Assembly: GCA_016712475.1 (NCBI GenBank)
Contig: JADJRA010000001.1
Coordinates: 1,541,414 to 1,605,413 of the forward strand
Reading direction: 5' to 3'
Source of the DNA: Deltaproteobacteria bacterium
Lineage (GTDB): Bacteria > Myxococcota_A > Polyangia > Nannocystales > Nannocystaceae
Length of the DNA stretch: 64,000 nt
Positions 9,500 to 19,640 of the stretch are shown in pieces. Each line of letters opens with the position of its first letter. Positions within the stretch are counted from its first letter, which is position 1. Both the position numbers and the translations under genes were made by a program. The notes under the pieces were generated by a model. The model made no database searches and was not told where the DNA came from. It saw only the letters and a list, made by a program, of their open reading frames with translations.

Positions 9500-11017
9500 T
9501 TGTCGAACGAGACCACCGCGGTGCGCAGCCTCGTTCCCGCGCGGATGGACCGCCTGCCGTGGAGCGGGTTCCACTGGCGGGTCGTCATCGCGCTCGGCAT
9601 CACATGGGTGCTCGACGGCGTCGAGATCGGTCTCGCGAGCGCGATCGGTGACACGCTGCGCGACGAGCAGACGCTTGGCCTCGACGCCCAGACCATCGGC
9701 TTCAGCGCGGGGGTGTACCTCGCGGGTGAGGTCACCGGCGCACTGTACTTTGGTCGCAAGGCCGACGAGCTCGGCCGCCGGCGATTGTTCATCGTCACGC
9801 TCGCGCTCTACCTGCTCGCGAACGCACTGACGGCGCTGTCGTGGACGACGTGGTTCTTCGTCGCGACGCGCTTCTTCGCGGGCATGGGAATCGGCGGCGA
9901 GTATGCGGCGATCCACAGTGCGATCGACGAGCTCACGCCCGCGAAGTACCGAGGCCGGGTCGACATCGCGATCGCCGGCACGTACTGGGGCGGCGCACTG
10001 CTGGCCGCGACGGCGCAGCTGCTGCTGCTCGATCCCGAGCTCATTCCGATCGACCTCGGCTGGCGCCTCGCGTTGCTGCTCGGTCCCGTGATCGGCCTCG
10101 CGATCTGGCCGCTGCGCAGGTTCATCCCCGAGAGCCCGCGCTGGCAGCTCACACACGGCTACGAACAGGAGGCCGAGGCCACCGTCGCGCGCATCGAGGC
10201 CGGCCTGCGCGACGCGGGCGTGCAGCTCGACGACGTCGATCCCGCGCGCGCCATCGTGCTGCAGCGCCACGACCTCGGCCTCGTCGAGGTGGGCAGGATA
10301 CTCGTGACGAAGTACCTGCGACGGTTGTGGCTCGCCGCGACGCTGATGATCACGCAGTCGTTCCTCTACAACGCGATCTTCTTCACCTACGTGCTGATCC
10401 TGCGCGACTTCTACGACGTGCCGAGCGCATCCGTCGGCTGGTACATCTTCGCGTTCGCCGGCGGGAATCTGCTGGGCCCGTTCGTGCTCGGGCCAGCGTT
10501 CGACACCATCGGGCGACGCAAGATGATCGCGGCGACCTACTGCACGTCCGCGCTCTTGCTCGCGATCACGGCGTGGCTGTTCGGCCGAGGCATGCTCACG
10601 GCGCAATCCCAGACGGTGCTGTGGTGCGTGATCTTCTTCATCGCATCGGCCGCGGCATCGTCGGCCTATCTCACCGTGAGCGAGATCTTCCCCGTCGAGA
10701 TCCGCGCGCAGTCGATCGCACTCGTGTTCGCCGTCGCGCAGGGGGTCGGCGCCACGGCACCGGCGATCTTCGGTGCAATCATCGAGGCGGCAAAGGACCC
10801 CGCGACCGGTGCGGTCGTCTCACGTCTGCCGCTGGCGCTGGCGTACCTCGGCAGCGCGGCGATCATGGCCGGTGGTGGCGTGGTGGCGTGGCTGTTCGGC
10901 GTCGATGCCGAGCAGCGATCGCTCGAAGACATCGCGCCGCCGATCACCTCGGTCGCGGTGTCGCATGCGACAGCCGCCGATGCGCCGGCCGGTCCGCCTC
11001 CGCCCGGCACCGTCTGA
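9500..11017 (+). CDS. MFS transporter.
   Basis: About 12 predicted TM segments and an MFS-type N-terminus (MDRLPWSGFHWRVVIALGITWVLDGVE; the alternative start is at 9545). The MFS signature GRKADELGRRR sits in loop 2-3. Confidence 0.85.
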   Translation: MSNETTAVRSLVPARMDRLPWSGFHWRVVIALGITWVLDGVEIGLASAIGDTLRDEQTLGLDAQTIGFSAGVYLAGEVTGALYFGRKADELGRRRLFIVTLALYLLANALTALSWTTWFFVATRFFAGMGIGGEYAAIHSAIDELTPAKYRGRVDIAIAGTYWGGALLAATAQLLLLDPELIPIDLGWRLALLLGPVIGLAIWPLRRFIPESPRWQLTHGYEQEAEATVARIEAGLRDAGVQLDDVDPARAIVLQRHDLGLVEVGRILVTKYLRRLWLAATLMITQSFLYNAIFFTYVLILRDFYDVPSASVGWYIFAFAGGNLLGPFVLGPAFDTIGRRKMIAATYCTSALLLAITAWLFGRGMLTAQSQTVLWCVIFFIASAAASSAYLTVSEIFPVEIRAQSIALVFAVAQGVGATAPAIFGAIIEAAKDPATGAVVSRLPLALAYLGSAAIMAGGGVVAWLFGVDAEQRSLEDIAPPITSVAVSHATAADAPAGPPPPGTV

Positions 11018-11046
11018 TCGCCCGCATCCGGGGTGGCGCGACGCCC

Positions 11047-11245
11047 TCAGCGTGGGCGATCGTGTCGATGCACCCGGTGCGGCCGATGCCGCCCCGGCGG
11101 CTGCGCGCTCGCTTCGGCGACCGCGTCCTCGGCGAGGAAGCGTTCGGCCACGTCGACGTGCTCGTCGAAGTACTGCTTCTCCTGCGGAGAGCAGAACGCG
11201 AAGGTCTTGCCTGCCAGCGTCGAGGTCAACGTTACACCCCGCACT
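11047..11245 (-). CDS. Possible small ORF (VRGVTLTSTLAGKTFAFCSPQEKQYFDEHVDVAERFLAEDAVAEA...).
   Basis: A short K/F/Y/Q-rich stretch, atypical for noise in this genome. Only a GTG start is available and the C-terminal 20 codons look poor. Confidence 0.25.
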
Positions 11246-11489
11246 GGTCGCGCGGCAGCGGGACGTGGCAACTGCTGAGCCTCCAGCTCGAGCGCGGCGG
11301 GGTCGAGGACGCGCGCGAGCTGTGGTTGCGGACTGGGGTCTGGGTCGGACGCTCCTCGCGCGCTTCGTCGCCCAGAAGCCGTCGCCACCGCCACCGAGTT
11401 CCGGCCTTGGCGCCCCCACCGACCGCACGCACGGGGTGCGGCAAGATTGATCGCGTCGGCGAACGCGCGGTCGTGGTAGCGATCGAAGC

Positions 11490-12893
11490 ATGCCGTTGCT
11501 CGCCCTGCTGCCGCTCCTGCTCGCCGCCGACCACGAGCTCTTCGGCAAGCCCGTCTTCCGGCCCGCACCGCCCGAGCAGCAGACCCTCGAGACGCGACGT
11601 GAGGGCTTCGAGCGCATGCTCGACGAGCGCGGCTGGGTGCAGATCGACGATCAGGTGCGCCCCGCCGCCGAGGACGGCAGCTTCGCGCAGCCGATCATGC
11701 CGCAGGCGGCGTGGAGCTCTCCGCCGCACCGCTCGACGATCTTCCTAAACTTCTTCGGCACCGAGAGCCTCAAGCCGGGCACGAACTCCGACCTCGACGA
11801 GTCGTCGTGCCTGCAGGGCGAGATGCCGTGGCCCGGGTTCGGCGGGACCGAGCAGCAGGCGCTCGCGCTCATCGAGATCTTCGAGGTCAAGATGGCGCCG
11901 TACGGCGTGCGCATCGCCTATGACGAGCGTCCGCCATCGCATCTGCCATACGCGATGGTGATGATGGGCGGCTCCCCCAACATGCTGGGCCTCGGCAACG
12001 GTGTGCTCGGCGTGTCGTGCAGCTCGGACTGCGGCGACCTCTGGTGGCGTGACACCACCTTTGCGTTCACCGATGCCATCAACCCCAACAACGCCGATGT
12101 GCTCGGCACCACGGCACTGCACGAGGCTGCCCACGCATTCGGTCTCGCTCACATCGACGATGCGACGCGGATCATGAATCCATTCGTCGGTAGCGGTGAC
12201 GTCGACTGGGCCAACACGTGCACGCCCTACAACGACGCCACCGGCGGCATCAATTGCCAGCCGACCCACGACGAGTTCTGCGGCGGTGGTGCGCAGAACT
12301 CGGACGCCGAGCTCCTGGCCTACTTCGGCGAGAACAGCCCCGACATCGAGCCTCCGGTGGTCGAGATCCTCTCACCGGTCGATGGCACCGAGCTCGAGGT
12401 CGGTGGCAGCGTGATGGTCGAAGCCGAGATCACCGACGACCACGAGGGCGTGGGCTGGAAGCTCGTGCTTCCCGAGGTGGGTCAGGAGTCGGTGGCGTAT
12501 CAGTTCGAGAAGAGCTGGCCGCTCGGCAACCTCCCCGCCGGCGTGTACACCCTGCGCGTCGAGGCCATCGACCACGATCGCAACGAAGCCTTCGACGAGG
12601 TGACGATCTACGTCGGCGTGGATGCTCCAGCCGGGACCAGCGGCAGCGGTGGCGACTCGGAGGGCGGCGGCGTCGACTCGAGCGGGAGCGGCGGTGGTGA
12701 GGACGGCACCGGCTCGTCGGATGCAGGCGCGACCACCGACGTCGACGGCGGCAATCAGGATGCCAGTACCGTGGACAAGGAGGGCTGCGCGTGCGCTGCC
12801 ACGACGCCCTCGCCGCGGACCCCCTCCGTGCTGCTGGCGGCGGGCTTGCTGATGCTGCGCCGCCGCCGACGCTCGTGCGTCGCAGCGCGGTAG
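11490..12893 (+). CDS. Secreted zinc metalloprotease-like protein with a MYXO-CTERM sorting domain.
   Basis: Signal peptide. Zincin motif HEAAHAFGLAH (HExxHxxGxxH). C-terminal GCACAATTPSPRTPSVLLAAGLLMLRRRRR matches the MYXO-CTERM pattern. Confidence 0.75.
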   Translation: MPLLALLPLLLAADHELFGKPVFRPAPPEQQTLETRREGFERMLDERGWVQIDDQVRPAAEDGSFAQPIMPQAAWSSPPHRSTIFLNFFGTESLKPGTNSDLDESSCLQGEMPWPGFGGTEQQALALIEIFEVKMAPYGVRIAYDERPPSHLPYAMVMMGGSPNMLGLGNGVLGVSCSSDCGDLWWRDTTFAFTDAINPNNADVLGTTALHEAAHAFGLAHIDDATRIMNPFVGSGDVDWANTCTPYNDATGGINCQPTHDEFCGGGAQNSDAELLAYFGENSPDIEPPVVEILSPVDGTELEVGGSVMVEAEITDDHEGVGWKLVLPEVGQESVAYQFEKSWPLGNLPAGVYTLRVEAIDHDRNEAFDEVTIYVGVDAPAGTSGSGGDSEGGGVDSSGSGGGEDGTGSSDAGATTDVDGGNQDASTVDKEGCACAATTPSPRTPSVLLAAGLLMLRRRRRSCVAAR

Positions 12894-13025
12894 CAGCGTC
12901 CGCGCGATCGAGCGTTGCGGCACCTGAGGCGGCGACGCATGCGTCCTCTCGCAGCCGGCTGCGGTGAATCACCACGGTCGTTCGACTCGCCCGCGCCATC
13001 AGAGGCTGCTAGACCGCCGTCGACC

Positions 13026-14213
13026 ATGCGACGCACGCGGACCTCCGAGGATGCACACGACCAGACTCCGAACGCCGCTGCGCGCGATGCAGACCAGCAC
13101 CCCCGCGTCTCATCGCGGGTCCTCGCACGCATGGTCCCGATCGCGCTGGTGCTGTGCGCAGCGCTCGCGGGGGGCACGGCGATGTTCCTCCGACGCCACC
13201 GCGCGGACGCCAGCGACGCCGATCGCTTCGCCACCATGCATGGCGACCACGCGCGACTCGAGCCGCTGTGGTCGATCCCGCCGTTCGAGCTGCAGGACCA
13301 ACACGATCGCCCCATCAGCCTCGAGAGCCTCCGCGGCCGCCCGTTCATCGCCGACTTCATCTTCACGCAGTGCACGAGCGTGTGTCCCACGCTGACCTCG
13401 AACATGCTGCTCGTGCGAGATCGACTGCACGACCGCGATGTCCAGTTCGTTTCGTTCTCGGTCGACCCTGCCCATGACACACCGGCCGTGCTCTCCGACT
13501 ACGCCGCACGCTGGGGTGCCGTCGGCGACGACTGGACGCTGCTATCGAGCTCGTCGGCGCAGCTGAGCGACGTGCTCGCCGGGTTCCGCGTCGCTGCGCG
13601 CCCCACCGACGATCCGAGCGAACCGATCGTGCACACCAACCTCTTCTTCCTGGTGGACGCCACCGGCACCGTGCGCGGCATCTACCACAGTGACATGACG
13701 TCCGATCTCGACGCGCTGGTCGAGGACGCCCGCGTACTGGCGGCACCGCGGGTCGGCAGCGACCCGGTCCCACGCACCATCGCGAGCCTCGGATGCACCG
13801 GCTGTCACGCCTCACCCGCCATCGCACCACCGCTGGGAGCCGCGCTCGGCGAAACACGAATGACCGATGACGGACGACGGGTCACGGTCGACGCGGCGTA
13901 CCTGCGGCGAGCGCTGCTCGATCCGCGCGCGGACGTCGTAGCGGGGTATCCCGGCGTCATGCCGAGCTACGCCGGTGTCCTCAGCGATGCGGAGGTCGAC
14001 GAGATCCTCGACCAGCTGCGGTCCATGACCGACGCGGCTCCGCCAGCGACGCCAGCCGCCCTCGCGATCGATCCCGTGTGCGGCATGAAGGTGCGCGTCA
14101 CCTCGGAGGCGCACCACGCTCGCCACGACGGCGAGGATGTCTACTTCTGCGCCGAGGCGTGCAAGGACGCGTTCCTCGCTGCGCCGGCGCAGTACGAACG
14201 ACACCGGCAGTGA
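13026..14213 (+). CDS. SCO1/SenC-family thioredoxin-like protein fused to a cytochrome c domain and a YHS/TRASH metal-binding domain.
   Basis: TM anchor (MVPIALVLCAALAGG). SCO1 CxxxCP motif (FTQCTSVCP). CxxCH haem site (CTGCHAS). YHS-like C-terminus (DPVCGMKV...YFCAEACKDAF). The start is ambiguous between 13026 and 13131. Confidence 0.7.
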   Translation: MRRTRTSEDAHDQTPNAAARDADQHPRVSSRVLARMVPIALVLCAALAGGTAMFLRRHRADASDADRFATMHGDHARLEPLWSIPPFELQDQHDRPISLESLRGRPFIADFIFTQCTSVCPTLTSNMLLVRDRLHDRDVQFVSFSVDPAHDTPAVLSDYAARWGAVGDDWTLLSSSSAQLSDVLAGFRVAARPTDDPSEPIVHTNLFFLVDATGTVRGIYHSDMTSDLDALVEDARVLAAPRVGSDPVPRTIASLGCTGCHASPAIAPPLGAALGETRMTDDGRRVTVDAAYLRRALLDPRADVVAGYPGVMPSYAGVLSDAEVDEILDQLRSMTDAAPPATPAALAIDPVCGMKVRVTSEAHHARHDGEDVYFCAEACKDAFLAAPAQYERHRQ

Positions 14214-14285
14214 CGTTGGCGGCCTGACGTTCCGCATCCGACGGGTGTGCCGTCGCGGCGGGCCCGTCAGATGCGCGGCCGACGG

Positions 14286-15080
14286 ATGCAATGGTTTGCA
14301 CGGCCCATGGCGTTCACGCGAAAGTTCATCCTCGTCGTCGTCGCGCTGGCGGTGGTCGCCGCGACCTGGATCGTCACGATCTGGCCGCGCGCGCGCGAGA
14401 CGGAGCCCGACGGCCCTGCGCCCGTCGTGCGGCAGGAGCCGCGGAGCGCAGACATGCACGGCACGACCGACGCCCACCCGCGTGCGAAGTCGGCCGCGCC
14501 CATCAGCCCCGCCGAAGCCGAGGCGCGACGCGTCGCGCGTGCCCGCTGGGAGGAGCGACGGGCCCGCATCCTCGCCGCCCACGCGACGCCGGCCGAGCGC
14601 GACGCAGCACCGGAGACACCGAAGTGTGTCGGCGAGGATTGCCCGCCCGATCCGGGCGACTTCGGCGGCGACGTCGTCTTCGCGTCGTTCGTCGGCGAGA
14701 CCCAGACGCTCACACGTGGCTGCGAGGAGCTCATGGGTGAGAAGCCGCAGTCGGTGCGGATCAGCGCGCGGCTCGTCGGCGCGCCCGGGGTCGGCACCAT
14801 CGTCGACAATGTCACCGTCACCGGCCCCGGCGAATCCATGGACGAGCTCACCCAGTGCCTCCAGCAGGGCATGTACACCCTCGAGCTCGGCGACGCCGCG
14901 GCGAACTTCGAACGCAACGCGACGCTGGTGCACGGCCTACTCGACGAGGTCGCCGGTCAGCAGTGGCTGTCGCCGGAGGAGCTCGCGGGGATCCGGCAGC
15001 AGATGATCGATGGCGGACTCGACCCGGCCGCCGATCCAATGGTCGCGGTCAACGCCGGCGAGCCCGCCGCCGAGCCGTGA
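14286..15080 (+). CDS. Hypothetical membrane-anchored protein.
   Basis: N-terminal TM segment (FILVVVALAVVAATWIVTIW) followed by a good coding frame (K, E, Q, M, Y present). Confidence 0.55.
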   Translation: MQWFARPMAFTRKFILVVVALAVVAATWIVTIWPRARETEPDGPAPVVRQEPRSADMHGTTDAHPRAKSAAPISPAEAEARRVARARWEERRARILAAHATPAERDAAPETPKCVGEDCPPDPGDFGGDVVFASFVGETQTLTRGCEELMGEKPQSVRISARLVGAPGVGTIVDNVTVTGPGESMDELTQCLQQGMYTLELGDAAANFERNATLVHGLLDEVAGQQWLSPEELAGIRQQMIDGGLDPAADPMVAVNAGEPAAEP

Positions 15081-15196
15081 GTGCCACGCTCGGCGCTTGG
15101 CCTCGCCTTCGCAGCGCGGGCGCGCCGCGAAGGCCGGGTCCGCAGCTGCACTGCCCCCTTCCCGCGATTGGCGAAGTGCACGTATCCTCGATCTCG

Positions 15197-16135
15197 ATGG
15201 TAGGCAGGACGTGGATGGTAGGGGTGTGCCCACTGCTGGTGATCGCATGCGGTCCGGTGGTCCTGGCCGGCGACGACTCGACCACCGGTATGAACGAGAC
15301 GACCAGCAACAGCGCCGGCCCGTCGACATCCTCCGATGCCCCGCCGACGACGACGATCGGCAGCACGTCCAGCGCAGACACCTCGGCGTCCGCGACCTCC
15401 GGCGTCGAACCCGACACCGGGCTCGACAGTGCCGACTTCCTCATCGAGTACGACGTCGCCCGGCCGATCGAGTGCGACCTGTGGAACGATGATTGCCCGC
15501 GCGGCGAGAAGTGCATGCCGTGGGCGAACGATGGTGGCAACGCTTGGAACTCGACCCGTTGCTCCCCGGTGGACGAAAATCCCCACGCGGTCGGCGAGCC
15601 CTGCACGGTCGAAGAATCGCCGGTCAGCGGGATCGACGACTGCGTGGCGAACGCGATGTGTTGGAACGTCGAGGCCGGGACGAACATGGGCACGTGCGTC
15701 GGCTTCTGCACCGGCTCGCGTGCGCAGCCGCTGTGCCCGGATGGCTCCTCCTGCTCGCTGACGGGCGACGGCGTGCTGATCCTCTGCATCCCCACCTGTA
15801 ACCCCCTCGCAAGCGATTGCCCGGATGATCAGGGTTGCTACCCGTACGTCAACGGCGAGTTCGCATGCTTCCTCGACGAGTCCCATTTCGAGGGTTGGCC
15901 GGGCGCAGCGTGCGAGTACATCAATGCGTGTCAACCAGGCTTGTTCTGCGCCGACGGCGAGCTCGTACCCGGCTGCGCCGACACGGGATGCTGCTCGCCC
16001 TACTGCGATCGGAGCGACGGCATGGCGGACGCGACGTGCGATGCAGCGCTGCCGGGCACCACGTGCACCGCGTGGTACAGCGAGGGCGAGGCCCCACCCG
16101 GCCTCGAGAACCTGGGCGTGTGCGTGCAGGGCTGA
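15197..16135 (+). CDS. Secreted cysteine-rich lipoprotein.
   Basis: Start MVGRTWMVGVCPLLVIACG, then an S/T-rich linker and a Cys-dense domain (about 40 Cys). Confidence 0.7.
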   Translation: MVGRTWMVGVCPLLVIACGPVVLAGDDSTTGMNETTSNSAGPSTSSDAPPTTTIGSTSSADTSASATSGVEPDTGLDSADFLIEYDVARPIECDLWNDDCPRGEKCMPWANDGGNAWNSTRCSPVDENPHAVGEPCTVEESPVSGIDDCVANAMCWNVEAGTNMGTCVGFCTGSRAQPLCPDGSSCSLTGDGVLILCIPTCNPLASDCPDDQGCYPYVNGEFACFLDESHFEGWPGAACEYINACQPGLFCADGELVPGCADTGCCSPYCDRSDGMADATCDAALPGTTCTAWYSEGEAPPGLENLGVCVQG

Positions 16136-16261
16136 CGAGCTCGGCGCACGATTCGGGTCAAGCCAGCAGGCACCCGCCGAGCCAGTCGCCGTCGAGGACG
16201 CACGTCGTCGTCGGGTCGTCGCACGAGGACTCGTCTGCACCCGAATTCGTTGGCGCCCAAG

Positions 16262-17191
16262 TCACTCCTCGAAGTCGTCCACGCGAAAGGCTTCGCGCGC
16301 GCGCACCTTCTCCGCCACCCCCGGCGACAGCTCCACCGCTCGCGAGTACACCCGCGAGTCGCTCATGCAGCTCGCCGACTCGTAGCTCAGCTCGGCGATC
16401 CCGACGCCGGTCGCGTCGTCGACGAACACGCCCACCACCGCAGGGTCGCTGCGATCCAGCGTCATCTCTGGTTCTTCGCCGCGCCAGCCCGGCATGCGCG
16501 TCGACTGCAGCACCTGTGCACCCCGCACCCGCACGATGAAGTGGCCGCCGTGGTACAGCGCCTCGGCGGCTCGCTGGCCGGGCTCCGGCAGCTCATCGAC
16601 AGGCGGCAGCTCGGGGCCGCTGCCGCGGTACCAGTACGGCTGCAGCGGCAGCGCTTGCATCGGTCGCCAGCCGATCGCGAGCTCGGCGTTGATCGACGCA
16701 ATCCGCTGGGCGATCTGCTCCCGCTCGTCCCGGCAGGGCCGACCCCAGGCCCCCTCGGTCGCCTCGTAGATCGCTTCGCCGTCGAGCACGATCGAGCGCG
16801 AGAGCACCGACTCGTCGCGGCGTCGCAGCTCGATCGCCAGCTCACCGACGAAGTCGGCGTTGCCACCATCGTCGCGGTCGACGACCGCGATCGCACCGCC
16901 ATCCAACCGCACCGCCGGAAAACCCTCGGCGAAGACCTCGTGCTCGCAGTCGCCACTGCCGGCGGTTCGCGGCTCCAGCCGCAGTCGCGGTGCATCATCG
17001 GACGGGCGGATCGAACCCAGGGCGTCGATCACGTTGCCGTCGTCGTCGGGGATCGCAGCGCGCCGGACGGCGAGCTCCGTCGCCCGCGGCGCGACCTCCA
17101 GCGGCTCGTAGTTCGCCTCGAGGGGCGGCGCCATGCAAGCACTGGACGAACCCAACACGAGCAGCACAGAGATCCGCCTCGGCATCGTCAT
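16262..17191 (-). CDS. Hypothetical lipoprotein.
   Basis: Start MTMPRRISVLLVLGSSSAC (lipobox) and a protein-like frame. It is convergent with the upstream gene. Confidence 0.65.
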   Translation of the reverse strand: MTMPRRISVLLVLGSSSACMAPPLEANYEPLEVAPRATELAVRRAAIPDDDGNVIDALGSIRPSDDAPRLRLEPRTAGSGDCEHEVFAEGFPAVRLDGGAIAVVDRDDGGNADFVGELAIELRRRDESVLSRSIVLDGEAIYEATEGAWGRPCRDEREQIAQRIASINAELAIGWRPMQALPLQPYWYRGSGPELPPVDELPEPGQRAAEALYHGGHFIVRVRGAQVLQSTRMPGWRGEEPEMTLDRSDPAVVGVFVDDATGVGIAELSYESASCMSDSRVYSRAVELSPGVAEKVRAREAFRVDDFEE

Positions 17192-17275
17192 CACTCGATG
17201 TGCCCGACGCGCGACCTGGCCGCTCGGATTCCCAACCCGCGCCCGGCCCGCGCAGCGCCGCACCGGGCGCTGGAT

Positions 17276-19540
17276 TCACAGCGGCGCGCAGCCGTCGATG
17301 GCGCACGCGAGGCGCCGCCGCACCGACTTCGCCTGCACGGCCTCGTAGCTGTGATCGCCGGCCCGCGTGGTGCGGAAGCCGTCGATCGACAGGGCGCTGC
17401 CCGCGAAGCTCCCGTCGGCCTTGCCCGGGTAGACGTAGAGCACCTGCGAGGGGTGCACGGTCACGAGATCCGCACGACCGTCGCCGGTGACGTCGAGCGG
17501 CGCCAGCACGTCGAAGCCCTCGCCGTCGAACAGCGAGGTCGGCATGGTGCCGGCGAAGCTCTCGACGCGGGTGCCGAACACACCGGTGGTGGTGCCGAGG
17601 TACACGTAGGCGGTGCCGTCGGTGTGCAATGTGACGAGGTCGGCCTTGCCGTCGCCGTCGACGTCGCCGAGGCCGATCGGCTCGAAGCCCTCGCCGTCGG
17701 GCAACGCGGGATTCATGGTGCCCGCGAACGATTCCACCGCGCTGCCGAAGGTGCCATCGGGCTTGCCGGGGAACACGTAGGCGCTGCCGCTGGTGTGCAG
17801 CGTGACGAGGTCGGCGCGGCCGTCACCGGTGACATCGGCGACATCGATCGAGAAGTGCCCTTCGCCGTCGAAGGTCGCGGAGTCGAAGGTGCCGGCGAAC
17901 GAGCTGCTCGAGCCGCCGAACCGCGCGTCGGCGAGGCCAGGGTGCACGAACACGGAACCGCCGCGGGCGCTCACGAGATCGCCGCGGCCGTCGCCGTTCA
18001 CGTCGGCGACGGCGATGGGCTCCCAGCTCGCCGCGTCGGTCAGGCTCACGGGGTACGTGCCGGCGAACGACGAGACGCCGCTCGCGAAGGTGCCACCTGG
18101 TCGGCCGGGATAGACGTACGCGCTGCCGTCGTCGTAGGCGGTGACGAGGTCGGCGAGCAGGTCGCCATCGACGTCCGCGACGTCGATCACCAGGTGACCG
18201 GGCCCGCCGAAGATCGCCGTCGGCATGGTGCCGCCGAAGCTGGGCGGCGCGGGCAGCAGCACGCCATCGGGCGCGCCGAGGAACGGATACGCCGTGCCGT
18301 CGACCAGCGTGACGACATCGGCGATCTGATCGCCGTTGATGTCGCCGCGGGTGGCCTTCGACGGTGAGCTGCCGGCGTGGCAGTTGCCGCTGGCCTGGCT
18401 GTACGAGTTGCTGCCGACGAAGAGGTTGCCGAAGAAGTAGCGCTGGATGATCGCGGTGCCGGCCCCCTGCGACTGTCCGAAGCAGTTGTCGTCGATGTAC
18501 GCCCCGACCTTGGGCTTGCCACGGATGACGATGCCCTGCTCGGTGCCGAGGAAGGTGTTGTGGTGGATGTCGATCACGTCGCCGGCCCACGGCGAGCCGT
18601 CGCCGTCGGCCTCGTCTTGGCCGTGCATGTCGAGCGCGTGGCCGTTGCGCGTGGCGCCGATGTGATTGTGGCGAGCCTCGTACGAGATGCCGAGCCGGCC
18701 GGTGCCCGCGATCGAGTGGCGATTGGCGTTGTACTCGTTGTACTCGAAGATGCCGTCGGCCTCGTGTACGAGCACGGTGCCGTAGCCGAGGCCCGTGCGT
18801 CGGTTGTGGTGGATCGCGTCGTGGTCGACGCGCGCCCGCACGGCGTAGTCGAGCAGGATCGCGGCGTGCGACCAGCCCGAGAGCTCGCTGTGGTCGACGC
18901 GCAGGCCATCGGCATGCATCGCGCGCACGGCCCGACACAGCGGCTCGCCATAGGCCGACGCCCCGATGTCCTGGTCGGGGCCGAGCAGTCGCACGCCGGT
19001 GACGCGCACACCGTCACCCCCGGCGTCGAACAACGACGGCGTATCCTGGGTGTTGGTGCGAAGGATCGCTCCGCCTGCGCCGCCGTTGCCACCGCCGCCC
19101 GACAACGTGACCTGCGGCGGGATCACCAGACCACTCTTGCCGCTGAGATCGAGATCGGCACCGGCCTCGATCTCGATCACCGAGCCCGGGGTCGCAATCA
19201 TCAGCGCGCTCTCGAGCTCGGCGACGGTGCCGACCGGGAGCACCACGACCTCCGACGGCGGTGGCTCGACCGGCGGCAGCCCGGCGTCGCCGGTCGACGC
19301 GTCACCGCCGGAGCTGTCGGCCGCGGTGCCGACGTCGCTGCCCGAGCTGCCCTCGATGCCACCGCTGGTGCCGTCGGCGGCGGACGATGCCTCGCCGGCG
19401 CCCGTGCTCAGACCATCGTCGGTGCTGCCGGACGACCCGTGCGCCGGCGCATCGGCGCACGCGACGAGGAGCGCGGTCGGAAGCAGGATGACGAGCGATC
19501 GCACGCGATCACGCTGGCACGCTCGCGACGCCGCCAACAA
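17276..19540 (-). CDS. Secreted lipoprotein with a right-handed beta-helix (pectate-lyase-like) domain followed by FG-GAP / integrin-alpha-like repeats.
   Basis: Lipobox signal (LLPTALLVACADAP). A His/Asn-rich beta-helix-like region. About six repeats of the form DVxGDGRADLV...G..Y. Confidence 0.8.
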   Translation of the reverse strand: MLAASRACQRDRVRSLVILLPTALLVACADAPAHGSSGSTDDGLSTGAGEASSAADGTSGGIEGSSGSDVGTAADSSGGDASTGDAGLPPVEPPPSEVVVLPVGTVAELESALMIATPGSVIEIEAGADLDLSGKSGLVIPPQVTLSGGGGNGGAGGAILRTNTQDTPSLFDAGGDGVRVTGVRLLGPDQDIGASAYGEPLCRAVRAMHADGLRVDHSELSGWSHAAILLDYAVRARVDHDAIHHNRRTGLGYGTVLVHEADGIFEYNEYNANRHSIAGTGRLGISYEARHNHIGATRNGHALDMHGQDEADGDGSPWAGDVIDIHHNTFLGTEQGIVIRGKPKVGAYIDDNCFGQSQGAGTAIIQRYFFGNLFVGSNSYSQASGNCHAGSSPSKATRGDINGDQIADVVTLVDGTAYPFLGAPDGVLLPAPPSFGGTMPTAIFGGPGHLVIDVADVDGDLLADLVTAYDDGSAYVYPGRPGGTFASGVSSFAGTYPVSLTDAASWEPIAVADVNGDGRGDLVSARGGSVFVHPGLADARFGGSSSSFAGTFDSATFDGEGHFSIDVADVTGDGRADLVTLHTSGSAYVFPGKPDGTFGSAVESFAGTMNPALPDGEGFEPIGLGDVDGDGKADLVTLHTDGTAYVYLGTTTGVFGTRVESFAGTMPTSLFDGEGFDVLAPLDVTGDGRADLVTVHPSQVLYVYPGKADGSFAGSALSIDGFRTTRAGDHSYEAVQAKSVRRRLACAIDGCAPL

Positions 19541-19640
19541 GCCCGCGGCCTACGCAGGAATGCCGAGCGCTCCGTCTTCGGGGCCGGCCTCGCGCGCCCA
19601 CGCGCTCGGCGACCCGATGAACGGGTGAGCCCCGCCGCGC

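Noticed and set aside
16136-16261. Long-range imperfect inverted repeat (ACGATTCGGGT ... ACCCGAATTCGT) between convergent genes
   Set aside because: The stem is imperfect and the loop is ~80 nt; it is not a convincing intrinsic terminator or regulatory hairpin.
16250-18367. 705-aa plus-strand ORF
   Set aside because: Antisense to the lipoprotein genes at 16262..17191 and 17276..19540. Its composition is Arg/Ala/Gly/Val noise typical of the non-coding strand in a 70% GC genome.
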